From: Lepidodermella squamata
Taxonomy: Eukaryota > Animalia > Gastrotricha
Assembly: GCA_047495785.1 (NCBI GenBank)
Contig: JBLDXI010000015.1
Coordinates: 4,464,001 to 4,528,000, forward strand
DNA length: 64,000 nucleotides
Reading direction: 5' to 3'
Both the position numbers and the translations under genes were made by a program. Shown here in pieces: positions 49,018 to 62,100 of the stretch; positions within the stretch are counted from its first letter, which is position 1; the number at the start of each line of letters is the position of its first letter. The notes under the pieces are model-generated. The model searched no databases, was not told the DNA's origin, and was given only the letters and a program-made list of their open reading frames with translations.

Positions 49018-49825
49018 TGAGAATCCTGATAAAATCGACGATAATAATCATAGACACTTATTAATAAAATAAAAATACCCAAACGTACAGCTTACAGCTT
49101 ATATCACTGTGTAAAACCAGGGCTACACGATGCCGAAGACAAACTGCAAGTAACCGCCGAATAAAAAAGCAAACTAAGGACATCGAAATACACTAGTTAA
49201 ATCTTGTCAAATAGAAATCCGATCGTGGCCACGATGGTACAGACGACTCTCAACTCTCATGAGTTGGGTCATAGGCAATAAACAAGCCAAATTGCTGATA
49301 GATTTTTACTTTTCATTAATTCTGATTACGAAAAAATCGGGAAAAGTGTATGACACCTCAGACTTCCTTATGAACATCAATACATCAGCTTCAGCTTAAG
49401 CATCAACTAGATTCGAAAAGATTCAGCCGAAAGATTTAGGAAATCAGATATACCATATCCATCCATATAACATACCCATCAGAAATCAGAAACAGGATTA
49501 CCAGGAAATGAGTCTCAGTTTTCAGTCGGCAGAGTCATGAGCCGTGAATCTATCTAAATCAACATCCAATCGAACCAAAAAACAACTGGGATCCTTACCC
49601 TGAGGGCAAGCAACGTCTGGGTGGAAGGCGGAAACCGGCAGACACAGACGTCTGGGGTCTGGGTGGAAGACGCCTTGACCGGGAAAAGTGAGAAGTGAAC
49701 GGTGATGAAGGCGCGCGCAATTTTGAGAGGTAAATTTTTGACATGTTATACATTGAATTCTTCCCTGTCGATATCATATATGCAGTTTCACATTATGTTG
49801 TATTATATTATGGAGATGTAGGGAT

Positions 49826-49840
49826 GTCACGTGATCACGT
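49826..49840. promoter_or_regulatory. Tandem E-box GTCACGTGATCACGT in the divergent promoter between the PLD6 and TOM20 clusters
   Basis: Motif lies between two oppositely oriented candidate non-coding first exons with GTAAGG (about 49596, minus) and GTAAAC (about 49890, plus) donors. Confidence 0.5.
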
Positions 49841-50267
49841 TTTTTTTATGTTTTTCGAAAATCTCCTACTGCTACGAGACCACAAGTAGGTAAACCTTGA
49901 TCGCTGACGGATTGTGCTTCACTGTAGCGCTGCTTACTGCTTAATGCTGGGTTTACTGTTTATACGGAGGAAGTTTGCTTTATTCGCTTATCAATTCTCA
50001 ATTTGCATATTTTCTCTGATTTTACTGCTCACTGCACTTTACATCTTCATTTAACCAACGGGCGCGTGTCTTGTATTTCTTCTTCTTGGGCTATCGCGAT
50101 CATAGCAAACCGCAAACCATCAGCAAACTAGCTAATGGTTTGGGCAAAGTGCTGTGTTTAGTGTGCCTATTTTCTTAACTGGCCAATCAGTATGGTCAGC
50201 GACCAGTCGCCAATCTCAACATTTCTTCATGAGTTTGATTCTTATACTTATTTTCTGCCACTTAGGG

Positions 50268-50753
50268 ATGATGTCGAAGTCCGGCTTAATTGCTACAGCT
50301 GCTGGCGTTGGCGTATCTTTGTTTGTTGGTTACTGTGTCTACTTCGATTACAAAAGACGTTCAGCTCCGGACTTCAAGGCACGACTTTTAGCTAAGCGAA
50401 AGAAGGAGAAGAACTCCTCTCAAGAAATCGAATTTCCCAATCTCTCTGATCAGCAAGCTATGCAGGAGTTTTTCTTTACGCAGCTTAGACTGGGAGAGGA
50501 CTTGCTCAATCAAGGAAACGTCAAGGAGGGCGTCACTCATCTTAGCCTTGCAATCATGCTCACTGGTCAAACCCGTGAGCTTTTGCAGATGATGGAAACC
50601 ACATTGCCACCCGAAACGTTCAAGCGTTTACTCGCTGAATTACCAAAGGCTCGGGAACGTGTTCGAGCCGCTTTTATGGCACAGACCGGTGGTAAGGGTA
50701 TGCCCTTCAGCGCTGCGGGTATGGGAGGAAACGTTTTAGAAGAACTGGAGTGA
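50268..50753 (+). CDS. TOMM20: Mitochondrial import receptor TOM20, intronless CDS
   Basis: FVGYCVYFDYKRRSAPDFK, FFFTQLRLGEDLL and TLPP. Confidence 0.95.
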   Translation: MMSKSGLIATAAGVGVSLFVGYCVYFDYKRRSAPDFKARLLAKRKKEKNSSQEIEFPNLSDQQAMQEFFFTQLRLGEDLLNQGNVKEGVTHLSLAIMLTGQTRELLQMMETTLPPETFKRLLAELPKARERVRAAFMAQTGGKGMPFSAAGMGGNVLEELE

Positions 50754-50945
50754 TCAAATCTGATGATTTGCACTATAATCGGAGCAGAATATTGTTACAT
50801 CGTGTGCACCAAGTCAAATCCAGTGTGATTGCTTCATATTTCTAAATATAGTGCCTTTTACAAATTTCGAATTCAATCCTGAGGTACCGAAAACGTTTAA
50901 TTTCCTATTTTTTAGGTCATATTACAAGGTCGCAAATAATTAAAG

Positions 50946-52721
50946 ATGATCAGCTCACATTTTACCGGCTACAAGGTAAGCATATAAATAGGCTGAAGCT
51001 CTATTTATGGCATGATTTAATTACTAGGCGCCTGTTCGCACTCAGCTGGAACATAATTCGAATCTCGATATTGATAACCTGGTTATGGATTATCGTATGA
51101 CTGGCATCGTGTGCACCATAGGCCCGGCTTGCGCCAAAGTGGAAACTTTGATGGAGATGGTAGCTGCTGGCATGAATATTGCTCGACTGAATTTTTCTCA
51201 CGGTACTCACGAGTATCATGCGGAGAGCATTCGTTTGATTCGCGAGGCTAATTCCAAGCTGGTATTTCCCCACCGTCCTGCAGCTATTGCGCTGGATACA
51301 AAAGGCCCTGAAATCCGTACCGGAATTTTCAACGGCGACTTCAAGATCGAAGTTACACTGAAGAAGGGCGATATCATTACCGTGACTATTGATGATCAGT
51401 ATAAGGAAAAGCAAACTGAAAGCCTCGTTTGGATAGATTACAAAAATATTCTCAAGGTTATCGAAGTTGGCAAGCGCATTTTTATTGACGACGGGCTGCT
51501 CTCTCTCCTCGTTTTGGAGATTGGAAAAGATTCCTTGAAGTGCGAAGTCGAGAACGGCGGTGTTCTTGGCAGCAAGAAAGGCGTCAATTTACCAGGAACC
51601 CCAGTGGACTTGCCCCCAGTGTCTGAACAGGATAAGAAAGATTTACTATTTGGTGTCCAACAAGGCGTTGATATGATCTTTGCCTCGTTTATTCGCAATG
51701 GGGATGCCGTTCGCGAATTGAGAAAAATTATGGGCGAAGCTGGCAAGAAGATCCTTATTATTTCGAAGGTTGAAAATCACGAAGGTGTGAAGCGATTCGA
51801 TGAGATTCTGGAAGCATCTGACGGCGTTATGGTTGCTCGAGGCGATTTGGGTATCGAAATTCCGTCTGAGAAAGTGTTCCTTGCACAGAAGATGATGATT
51901 GCCAAGTGCAACACAGCTGGAAAGCCTGTTATTTGTGCCACCCAGATGTTGGAATCGATGACCTACAAGCCTCGGCCAACTCGCGCGGAAGCTGGCGATG
52001 TAGCCAATGCTGTTTTGGATGGCGCTGACTGCGTCATGCTTTCTGGAGAAACAGCAAAGGGCAAGTACCCCCTGGAATGCGTTCGAATGATGGCCTTGAT
52101 CAGTCGTGAAGCAGAGTTTGTTCATACACCGAGATCGCTTATTTTTGTTAATATTAGTTCATTTTAGAGCTTCATTGTTCTACACAAAGATGTTCGAGGA
52201 GTTGCGCACTGCTGCGTTGGCTGCAAATATGGATCACATGGCCGCCGCTGCTATTTCAGCAGTCGAAGCTTCTTTCAACGTCAATGCCAAAGCCATCATC
52301 GTACTGACGAAGACAGGAAAGTATGAAACCTAGTCTCTCATGGATTCCACGGAATTCTAAGTTATTTATTTACCAAGGTCGGCTGCTTACATCGCCCAAT
52401 TCCGTCCGAAATGCGTTACGATTGCCGTGACCCGTGATGCACAAGTCGCTCGCCAGCTTCACTTGTACAGAGGTGTCATGCCTGTGGTTTACCCGAAACC
52501 TGAGTACAGCCCCGATGTGTGGACTGAGGATGTAAGTTCTGTCAGGATAATCTTACTTTTTTGTATGATTGAATTGTTAGGTTGAATCACGCGTCAACCA
52601 TGCTATCGACGTCGGTATTGAAAACGGATTCGTCCAGCGTGGCCAATACGTCATCATCACGACTGGTTGGAAGGCCGGTACTGGCTTCACGAATACCGTC
52701 CGCATCCACAAGGTTGAATAA
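50946..52721 (+). CDS. PYK: Pyruvate kinase copy 1; 5 coding exons
   Basis: [58 protein letters not shown] and [12 protein letters not shown]. Confidence 0.96.
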
Positions 52722-53637
52722 GCATACTGCCCTCTCTTTGGAGATTCAAGAAAACTGTAAATTTGTGTTCTTCGATAATTATCGGACATCCGACGAACGA
52801 TTACGTAGAAACATTTCGTAGTAACGATTAAACCCTTGAAAACGTTCAAATAGCAATTGGTCTCGCGTGAATTTTTCCATACAGCATCCTTCTTCTCTCA
52901 CTGCAGTTCGATCATTTCCTAAATGGAATGATGCGCTTCCATAGCTCGAACGAAAGCTTCATTTCGCTTAGAGACATTTTATCTCATATATAATCGCAAG
53001 CGAAATTCTCCTTGTTATCATTTGTGAATAAAATTGTTATCTTTTGTTAAAGCTGTGATCAGAATCACCCGCAAATTTTCAATTATTGTTATCGATTTGA
53101 TCGCAGTATGTTTGATGTGTGCCTCCTTGTCCTTGTGATCTAGTGTATTTTTCCTTGAACCGGATAGATCATGCGCTCGTTTATCTTTTCGAGCCCAGAG
53201 AGTTATGTATAAAACCTATTAATGTCGATATGAATTGAACATATTTTCTTACATGTAAAGATAGAAAATTGAACGGGCAATCGCAGCCTACTTTGAACGA
53301 GAAAATGGCACAGCCTGCTACACCTGAATGCACTCTTCATAGAAATATCTTCTACGTTGGTTTAGCTTTAAAATTATACGCTATTCCTAACTTGAGTAAA
53401 GCAGATACTTGTGCCGAAAATATGGTTTTTTTGCCCGAGATAATGTCATCGTGAGCTGAAATCGATGAATTAACGAGCGCCTTATTGATCGCATTCATAA
53501 AATCTCTCATTCGCTCATTTTAGATTTTTGTATGTTTTTTATTTGATACATTATCACCACAGTCCTTTTGACATACATCAGGTATTTTTTTGATGGCGTA
53601 AAGTGTATGTTTGCTAATCCTTATTTTTTTAATAGAA

Positions 53638-55228
53638 ATGACTGAACTTGCTCATAAAGTTCGGCTGGACATTGACTCTCCAGCAGCTGCCTATCGCAAA
53701 ACGGGCATCGTGTGTACTATCGGCCCGGCATGTGCGAACCAGGAAACTTTACTGGAAATGATCAGGGCAGGCATGAACATTGCCCGCCTCAATTTTTCAC
53801 ACGGTTCTCATGAATATCATGCCAATTCAATCGCCCTGATACGCCAAGTCAATGCCAACTTACCAGCCCCGCTGCGTTCGGTTGCCATCGCTCTCGATAC
53901 CAAGGGTCCTGAAATCCGTACCGGAATTTTCCAAGGCGATTTTAAAAACGAAATCACTCTGGAAAAAGGTGCGATCGTCACTTTAACTATCAATGATAAG
54001 TACAAAGACCAGCAAACTCAGTCGATTATTTGGGTTGATTACAAACGTATCATCAACGTCATGGATGTCGGCAAGAAAATCTACATCGACGACGGTCTTA
54101 TTGCCCTTGTGGTTATTGAAATCGGCTTTGACAGCTTGAAATGTGAGGTGGATAACGGCGGTGTACTTGGTAGCAAAAAGGGAGTCAACTTGCCCGGAAC
54201 GCCTGTTGATTTACCACCTGTCTCCGAGCAGGACAAGAAAGACCTGATGTTCGGCGTCGAACAGGGGGTTGATATGATTTTTGCTTCATTCATACGAAAC
54301 GCCGACGGCATTCGTGAAATTCGAAAAATTCTCGGCGAAAAGGGAAAAGAGATAATGATCATCTCAAAAATCGAGAATCACGAGGGAGTAAAGAAATTTG
54401 ATGAAATTCTACGTGTCTCTGATGGTATCATGGTCGCTCGTGGTGACTTGGGTATCGAAATTGCGTCGGAGAAGGTCTTTTTGGCCCAAAAAATGATGAT
54501 CGCCAAGTGCAACACTGCCGGTAAACCCGTGATCTGCGCTACTCAAATGCTAGAATCGATGACTTACAAACCACGCCCGACTCGCGCTGAAGCCAGCGAT
54601 GTTGCTAACGCTGTTCTGGACGGTGCCGATTGTGTAATGCTGTCTGGCGAAACCGCGAAAGGCAAATACCCGGTCGAATGCGTCAATATGATGGCATCAA
54701 TTTCCCGTGAGGCCGAATCATCGATTTCACTGAAGCATATTTTCGAAGAGCTTCGTAACGTTGCAATGCGCACTGACATGGACCGCGTTGCTGCTGCCGC
54801 GATCTCGGCTGTCGAGGCTTCGTTTAACGTCGATGCTCAGGCCATCATCGTGTTAACTGCCACCGGTGCTTCGGCCGCCTACATAGCCCAGTTCCGCCCA
54901 AGATGCATCACTATGGCTGTTACTCGCGATTTACAATGCGCTCGTCAAATGCACTTGTTCCGAGGTGTCATGCCAATCTTCTATCCGACTGATTGGACCG
55001 AAGAGTCCGGAATTCCTTGGGCTGAAGATGTTGAGAGCCGTGTTAACTGCGCCCTCGATTTCGGCAAGGGCTGCGGTTTCATCTCACCTGGTAATAAAAT
55101 ACTTATTTAATTTGGTAGTTTATATTTTTCAAACATGCGTATTTTAAGGTGGATACGTTATCATCACGACTGGCTGGAAGGAGGGCGCTGGACATACTAA
55201 CACTATCCGCATCCACGAAGTCAAATAA
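53638..55228 (+). CDS. PYK: Pyruvate kinase copy 2; 2 coding exons
   Basis: Same catalytic motifs as copy 1, with a single intron near the C-terminus (about 55091-55149). Confidence 0.96.
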
Positions 55229-56135
55229 ACATCGACATTTTAACAAATCCATCGAATCTTTTGTTGGAATCAAACTTGATTGAAATGCAGAAAGCACAAC
55301 TCTGCCACTTATTTTCTAACTGATCAACGAATATTTACACTACCTTCATACCCACTAGTTTTTTTTACTCATACGACTCGTCACTTGCTATGTCCTCCGG
55401 TGTTTTAAACCTTGCTTTTGCTGTAAACGCATGTCATGATAGTCATTGTGTACTTCCTTGAAGTGTCACTGCGATCGAACGCAACTTGATTTTTAGTCGT
55501 TTTTGTGATTTTGCGTTTCGCCTGTGTTGCCTTAGGCTGAATTTGGATAATTGTTTCACCAAAGGTTTTACCTCAAACACGCGTGTTTACCAAAATGGTG
55601 TATTCTTGATTTGTCGAAGACGTAATGAAAAAATTATGTTGAAAGCTTTACTTGAGCTCTGAAATGACTGCTATATAACGCTTATCTCAGTAGATGAGTA
55701 CGTCATACACCTTAAACCTCTTTGTATGTCGAGCGCATTTGACAAAATAATGAGGATAAAAAACCTTACGAGATAAATATTTTTTCATAGCTGTATTTTT
55801 GTTGATTATTTCTTGAAACGTATGATGAATTGTGCCGTTTTTCCACCTAAATTATTTGGAATGAGATACGAATCAATATGTAATAAGGAGAAATGATAAC
55901 AATACCAAGTTGTTGAGTAAAGTGTTGTCTGAATTACCGAATCAGGTGATGTTTTGTTGTTTTTGCCACCCCCACCTGTTTAACACAAGGCCTTATCTTA
56001 ACGAGTACTGCTGTGTTTATTGTAGGCCCAAGCACTGTGCTTACAACTTATCATGTCCTCGCTATTAAGCTGAAAGCTATTTGCCGTCGGTGCCTTTTAT
56101 TTGCTCAAATAACCACATAATCTGATCAAAGTCCA

Positions 56136-59100
56136 ATGGCAGGTTCAACAGAACGTTTGCTTGAACTGGTTAGAAATTTGTCCGCCTCGAGAACAGCCAG
56201 CGACAGAAAGGTTGGGTTTTATTTTCAACATCAGCATCTTTGACGCGTCATTTGATTTTATTTGAAGCGATCAATCGAATCGATAGAAGATTTGCTCAAC
56301 AAAGAGGATGTTTGTGCAGTGCTTGATAGATCGAGCAATTCGAACGATCATTGTTGGAAAAGTTTATTCCAGGTTGGAAAATCACAGCTTGGGGTTTTTA
56401 CGCAATTTAAGCTCGTTATTTGTCTAGGCCATTGTTATTTTCTCGAAAGCAGAGTTAGAAGCTGCAGCAAGTGGGATTTCCAAAAAAGTCACTTCGGGCA
56501 GAGGAGCTTCAGCCGCCGATCGAACCAAAGAACACATTGGCATTTTGAAGCTGGTTCTAGAGAAAATGGAATCAAGTAAGAAGAATGATTCTCAGTTGAG
56601 TGTGATCATAGGAAAATCTGTTAATAAATTAGGGTTTCATTTGCCATGCTATGTCTCGCAAATGCTATCGGAGATGTTGCTGATGATGTTGGAACGTCCT
56701 CATCTTTTCCCACCCGATTGTGTATGCAGCCATATTCGTTTGTTTGAGCGATTTGTGATAAACGCGGGGCGCAGACTGGTTGATCTCAACGAAACGACAT
56801 TCTGCGATATCTTCCGCTTATCTTGCGCGCACTGCTCTCATTTCGACCCTAGAAAAACACCTCACGTGGTGCCGGCGGTCAGAGCTGCCCTAGTCGGGAC
56901 CGCTACTTCAATGCTGAAATTTTCAGCCGAGGATTTATTTTCCGCGCGACCCTCTGTTGTTTCAAACCTCTATCGAAAATACTTTTTGGAACTTGAGGAC
57001 TCCAGTGGCTCGGAACTTCCTGTAATTCAGAAATTGGCGTTGGCTTTCCCCGATGCATGTCGCTCCTTGCGAGATCATCCTCGGCAGTTGAAGGCTCTCG
57101 TCACCGAAATCCTACCAAAGCTGATAAGCTACTTTACTACAAGCTGTGCCAAAACTACTAGTGATCCAAGTTTCGCGATCGCTTGCCAATACATTGTGGC
57201 TTATTTGCCTGGCTTTCTCGACGAAAGCGTTCCTGAGGCGTTGATTGTCAAGCTTTGGGAGGCGACCGAGAAACTATTGGAAGACCAGATAGCACAATCT
57301 CGTTTCGCTGTGACGAATTCGGCGCGCCGGCCTGGTTTCGCCCATGGCTTGAAAACTAATCGCGGCAACATGACCCAAGCCTTGTGTGATCTTTACGTTT
57401 CTCTCGCTCATTTTCGAACTGTAAAGCATTCTGGACCCGAAACTATCGTTCCACCGCCATCGACCGAGATGATGGCGGTTTCGAACATATGGCTCCGCAT
57501 TGCCATTAAATGGCTCGAGCTTTATCCGGATGACATCTCAGCCGAAATATTACAGTATTGGTGCAACTGGGCTGCCTCTATTTTATCAAAGCCATCGAAA
57601 TTGGGTAATTTTTTTTAAAATTGTTCTTGATTTTTTAATTAAAATGTTTTATTAATAGCCTTGCATGGCGATGTTCTTTCTCTGGTGTTGGCCTACCTCG
57701 AATCAAATAGTGGAAATGGATCTTTGCCTATTGAAGTCTACAGTCAACTTTGGTCAGCTACTCAAAAAGCTTTCTCACCTTCGTGCGCTGATTCCGTCTT
57801 TCGAATTTTGCGTCATTTGACGCCTATCGTCTTTGCTAACAGAAAGGAGACCAAACCGGTGCTGTTTATACCTGTGCCTCAGCTTATGGCTTGCGCAGCT
57901 CAATCGATTCCGTTTCTTTTGTACTTTTTCACGTATGACCCACCTCAAACAAGCGGGGCGGTTGTTCACGCAGATCTGTTGGCCTACCTCAACGAAATGG
58001 GATCTGATATTCTGTCGGTGAACAATTGCGATCTCGTTTCGTTTTCCCAATTGTTGCTTTACCTATTTACGGAAGAAGTTGTTGTGCAATTTTACGACGA
58101 GGAGCCTCATTCTCATTGTTGTCTGCAGTCCTTTTTCACCGCTAACGATACTTCCTTTCTTCTACCACACTTTTTCATTGAAAACATGTACGACGCCTGT
58201 GAATTGCTATCGCTGGCTAATATTCAAATGCCTGCTTCGAAATCAAATCAATGGCTCAATTCAGCTACTTTATCTTCGCCGAAAATGCATTGCTGCCCCA
58301 AGCAAATCAACGTGATCTACGCTAAGCTGAGCGAAAATATCGAAACTAATCTGGATATGCGGCTATCGAGCTCGAATCCAGAAGAACTTTTTCTCAAACT
58401 TAGTATACTGTCTCACATCGCGTTATCTGGACCCTTGGCCAAGCTCGGGCTTGTCGATTATGCGAAGTCTTTGGCGTCAGACCTGGCCGCAGTTCTCAGC
58501 AGCAATACCATTGAAAATGCTACGATTCTTTCAAAATCGATTTTATCGTACCTGGTCACTGCTAAACGGGCAAAATCACCCGAAGATCGTCAAGCTTTGA
58601 TCGGCCCATTCTTACAGGTCGACGTTGTCTTGTCGCTGCATCAGCGGATAAGCGATGCGCTGAAACACTTTGCTAGTCTTTCCGGCCGTGGCTCATCCAG
58701 TCAAATGATGGCAGATTTGACGATAATAGAGGACTCAATGATGATGCAAGATGAGTCCTCTAATAGTGTCGATCAGGGCCGAGAACAATCTTCAAACGTT
58801 TTGTCTTTCTTGAAATGTGTGAAAACCATTAAAGAGCTTTCAGTGGACCAAATTCGAGTTCTAACCGAATTGAATTTGTTGATTGTTTTAATGAACCTCA
58901 GTGCCGAAATGAGCGGTCTTGGCTACACCGACAAATTGACGGCTCTTATTAAAAAACTAAAGCCATTATGCAAAGTTCGCTCTCGCAACGTTTTCTTTCA
59001 CTGTATGGTGCTGATTTGTCGGGAACTCGATGTCTCTTCACCTGAAGTCTATTCATGCATTACTGCTTTAATCGCCGAATCTCTCGCTGTTTTCTATCAC

Positions 59101-62100
59101 GATCAACACTACGTAACCATTCATATTTCATTTGCCCGGACGTTACTGCTTCGAAATGTTGACAAAATGGGATGTCGGTATGACGATTTTAAAAATATCG
59201 TCGGGCCACTGGAGATTTTGCGGCGCAAAAACATGTTGACCTCGGCTGTTCCAAAGCTGCACCTCTTCAATTTGCTCTGCGAATTCGCCAATCGCGCTGA
59301 ACCTGATTCAATATTTCTACCTGCGAATGAAGCTGATCAATCTGAAACGATGGCTTTAAGAGATGCCATGCTCGGTTATTTGTCGGATTCTTCCTTGACA
59401 GTTCGGATCGCTGCGGCGAATTCGATTGAGCCCATTATTCGATCTTCGAGTCAAGAATCTGAGTTCTCCACCGTGGTCAGTGAGACCTTCTTTCAATCCA
59501 TGCAACTTACAATTATTGACCCTTCGCAAGACGAAATTGACGAGGAGTGTGAGAATCGAAAGGCTTCATACATTTTGGCCATTGCGCGCATAATCTCGCT
59601 TCAGTTTGACAGTGAAGAACTCTCTCGCTGTAAAGTTGAATGTATCTCCCAGCTTTTCCGCAATTCTTTCGCATTCGACCCCGTGAGTGTTGGCAATGCG
59701 ATTATTCTAGCGACTAAGTGGTCTCGAACAGCTGATCATGTCTTCGGTTTTGTCGAGCCGGTCGCAGCCGCTTTGGCGGAGCAATTCTTAAGCGGCAGTA
59801 TCGATGACCCCATCACTCTTCAAAATCTCATTCAAATTTTCTATCCGACGGAACTAATCGGATCTGGGCTGCTGGAAGCGTTTTTATTAGCTGTACTAAG
59901 ACAAGATCCCAGAAGTGATGTGATCGAACAGTGCAATGCCATCAAAGATCTTGTAGAGACTGAAGGTTTTCTCGAGCTGAAAAATCGAGTTAAATCCGTG
60001 TTAGCTATACTTGCCAACAAACTTCCTCCAAACAACGAAATGTTCTGTAAGGAGACTGAAAATGAATCGATGGAAGTTGTCGTCAGAACCCTTTTGACGA
60101 GTCAAACATTTTTATCCGATGAGAAATTGCTGGTGAAGATGCTCGATTTCATGATAAATGGAACAGCTAGTTCTACTACGTTGTATCAAGTTTTCGATCA
60201 AAGTAAAACTGCATTGCCAAGCCTTATCGCTGCATTTGATAGACGACTCTGCTCCACGAATGAAAGCAACAACTCCTACTCCATCGATACACTTCGTATG
60301 TATTCGAAGATTTGCCAAGCATATTTTCATGGAGCGCCGAATAGCCCTGAAAAAACCGAGTTCATGCAATGCCATGTATTCAAAACTTTGTCTGGGGCTC
60401 TGGATTCTTTGATTTCTCAATCCCATGAATTACGTTGCGGAACGGAAACGGCTTTGAAAATGTTGATCGATGACCTGGCACTACCGATTTTGAGAAACCT
60501 CGACAAAGCGACGTCTCATGCTGTATTTGAGTACACTCCTTCATTTGCTTTAGCTGGGCTGATCTTACTTGAAAAGTCTCTTCAGAAATCCAAGCCACTC
60601 AGTTTACTCGTAAAAGTGAGTTTGTTTTTACGTTTTTTGCCTGTATAAACACAGCGCGCATGATAAATAAATACCTTACACAACAACACTGTCACGTTCT
60701 AAAGCTTGGCGAAATCGAGTATTTATGCTTATGTGTATTTATTACAGATACGTGAGCTGGTATCAGCGCTGGCGAGATGCCATGAAGGAATAAAATCGGC
60801 TTTCACCGATTGCTTTCTCACTTTGGATCCGGGCTTCGATTGGTTCGATAATTCTGCTCAAAATCTATCAGCTGAGGAGAAATGTCGGGCTATCCGGAAA
60901 GTTTGCCGATCTTTGCTACGGCATCCACACGGATCGCCTGTTCCAGTGGAAAAAGTCCTCAATATCTGGGCTTCTCTGGCCGATCGCGCTGCAGACAAAA
61001 AGCTGGCTTCTCTAGTCCTGAAACTTGCTTTGAAAAATCCTGAAGGCCACCGCAATCTTCAGATCAGCTGCGTCAATTTACTTGTTCCCACGCCTGATGA
61101 TTTGATCAATTCATCTCACAGATGCTTGCATCGCGGCCCGGTCTCGTTAACTTTGCGTGATAGCAAAGACACTGAAGACTTGGAGGAGCTATTCTGTCAA
61201 TCAAGGATTATTTTGTCTCAAATCAAGCATTTGCTAATTCATTCTGATCATAAAACCCTATGGCGTGAATTGGTGGAACATTCTAGTAACGTCATTGCGA
61301 CCATCCCTCAACAAATTTTCGACCAGCTGCCGGCAGAAATCGCCAGGTTCTTCTCGTTTTTCCCGCCTGCGGCTACCACTAAAGCTGCCCTATCGAGAAA
61401 TTCATCTCAGTCCGAGCCACTGGGTGACGAAAATGACACGAGCGCTTGGCAATGTCCTGAAGAAGCTGATCAAACTCATTTCGCCGAGTGCGTTTGTAAG
61501 CTAGCCGCGTTTCTAATTAAGAGATTACCCCAGTCTGCATCTCTTTCAATGATTTTACTGAGAAATTCAAGCTTTTCATCACTTGTTGCTCAACACGCCT
61601 CCTTGGCGTACCTTCTTTTGCCTCGCATCGTTTCCATGCTTTTGAGACACTCGAAAAATCTCGTTAATGGAACTCTGGAGTTTCTGTCAAATGGTTTTAC
61701 CCGACTACTTCAAGACGCTTTGTACAAAAAGAATCGCCTAGTGCTTCAAATGATTCTGGATCTCGTTTATTATCTACGTAAAGAAGCCGTTGAATACTTC
61801 CGGCGACCGAGAAACACATCAGCTGCACGAGCGAATGTTGGCGGTGGGCGATTTTGTCCCAGCGATTCGACGAATATAATCGGCACTAACCGCCCGTTTT
61901 CGAACAGCCTCGGTATCAGTTGGTGGCATCTTGCTCAAGCCGCTGATATTTGCGGTCTGTCAGCAGCCGCCCTGCTCTACGGCCAGATGCATTTCGAGAC
62001 GAATATTCAAATTTTACCGAACGATAAAAACGTCAAGGTTGAAGCGGTTAGCAATGTCACCCTGACTTCGACAACCCATTCGCAGCTAATTGCAGAGTCT

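Noticed and set aside
49570-49740. Possible SL RNA gene (donor followed by GTTTTTTGG)
   Set aside because: The exon would be about 140 nt, far longer than known leaders, and the Sm site is non-consensus. No SL RNA gene was recognised in the window.
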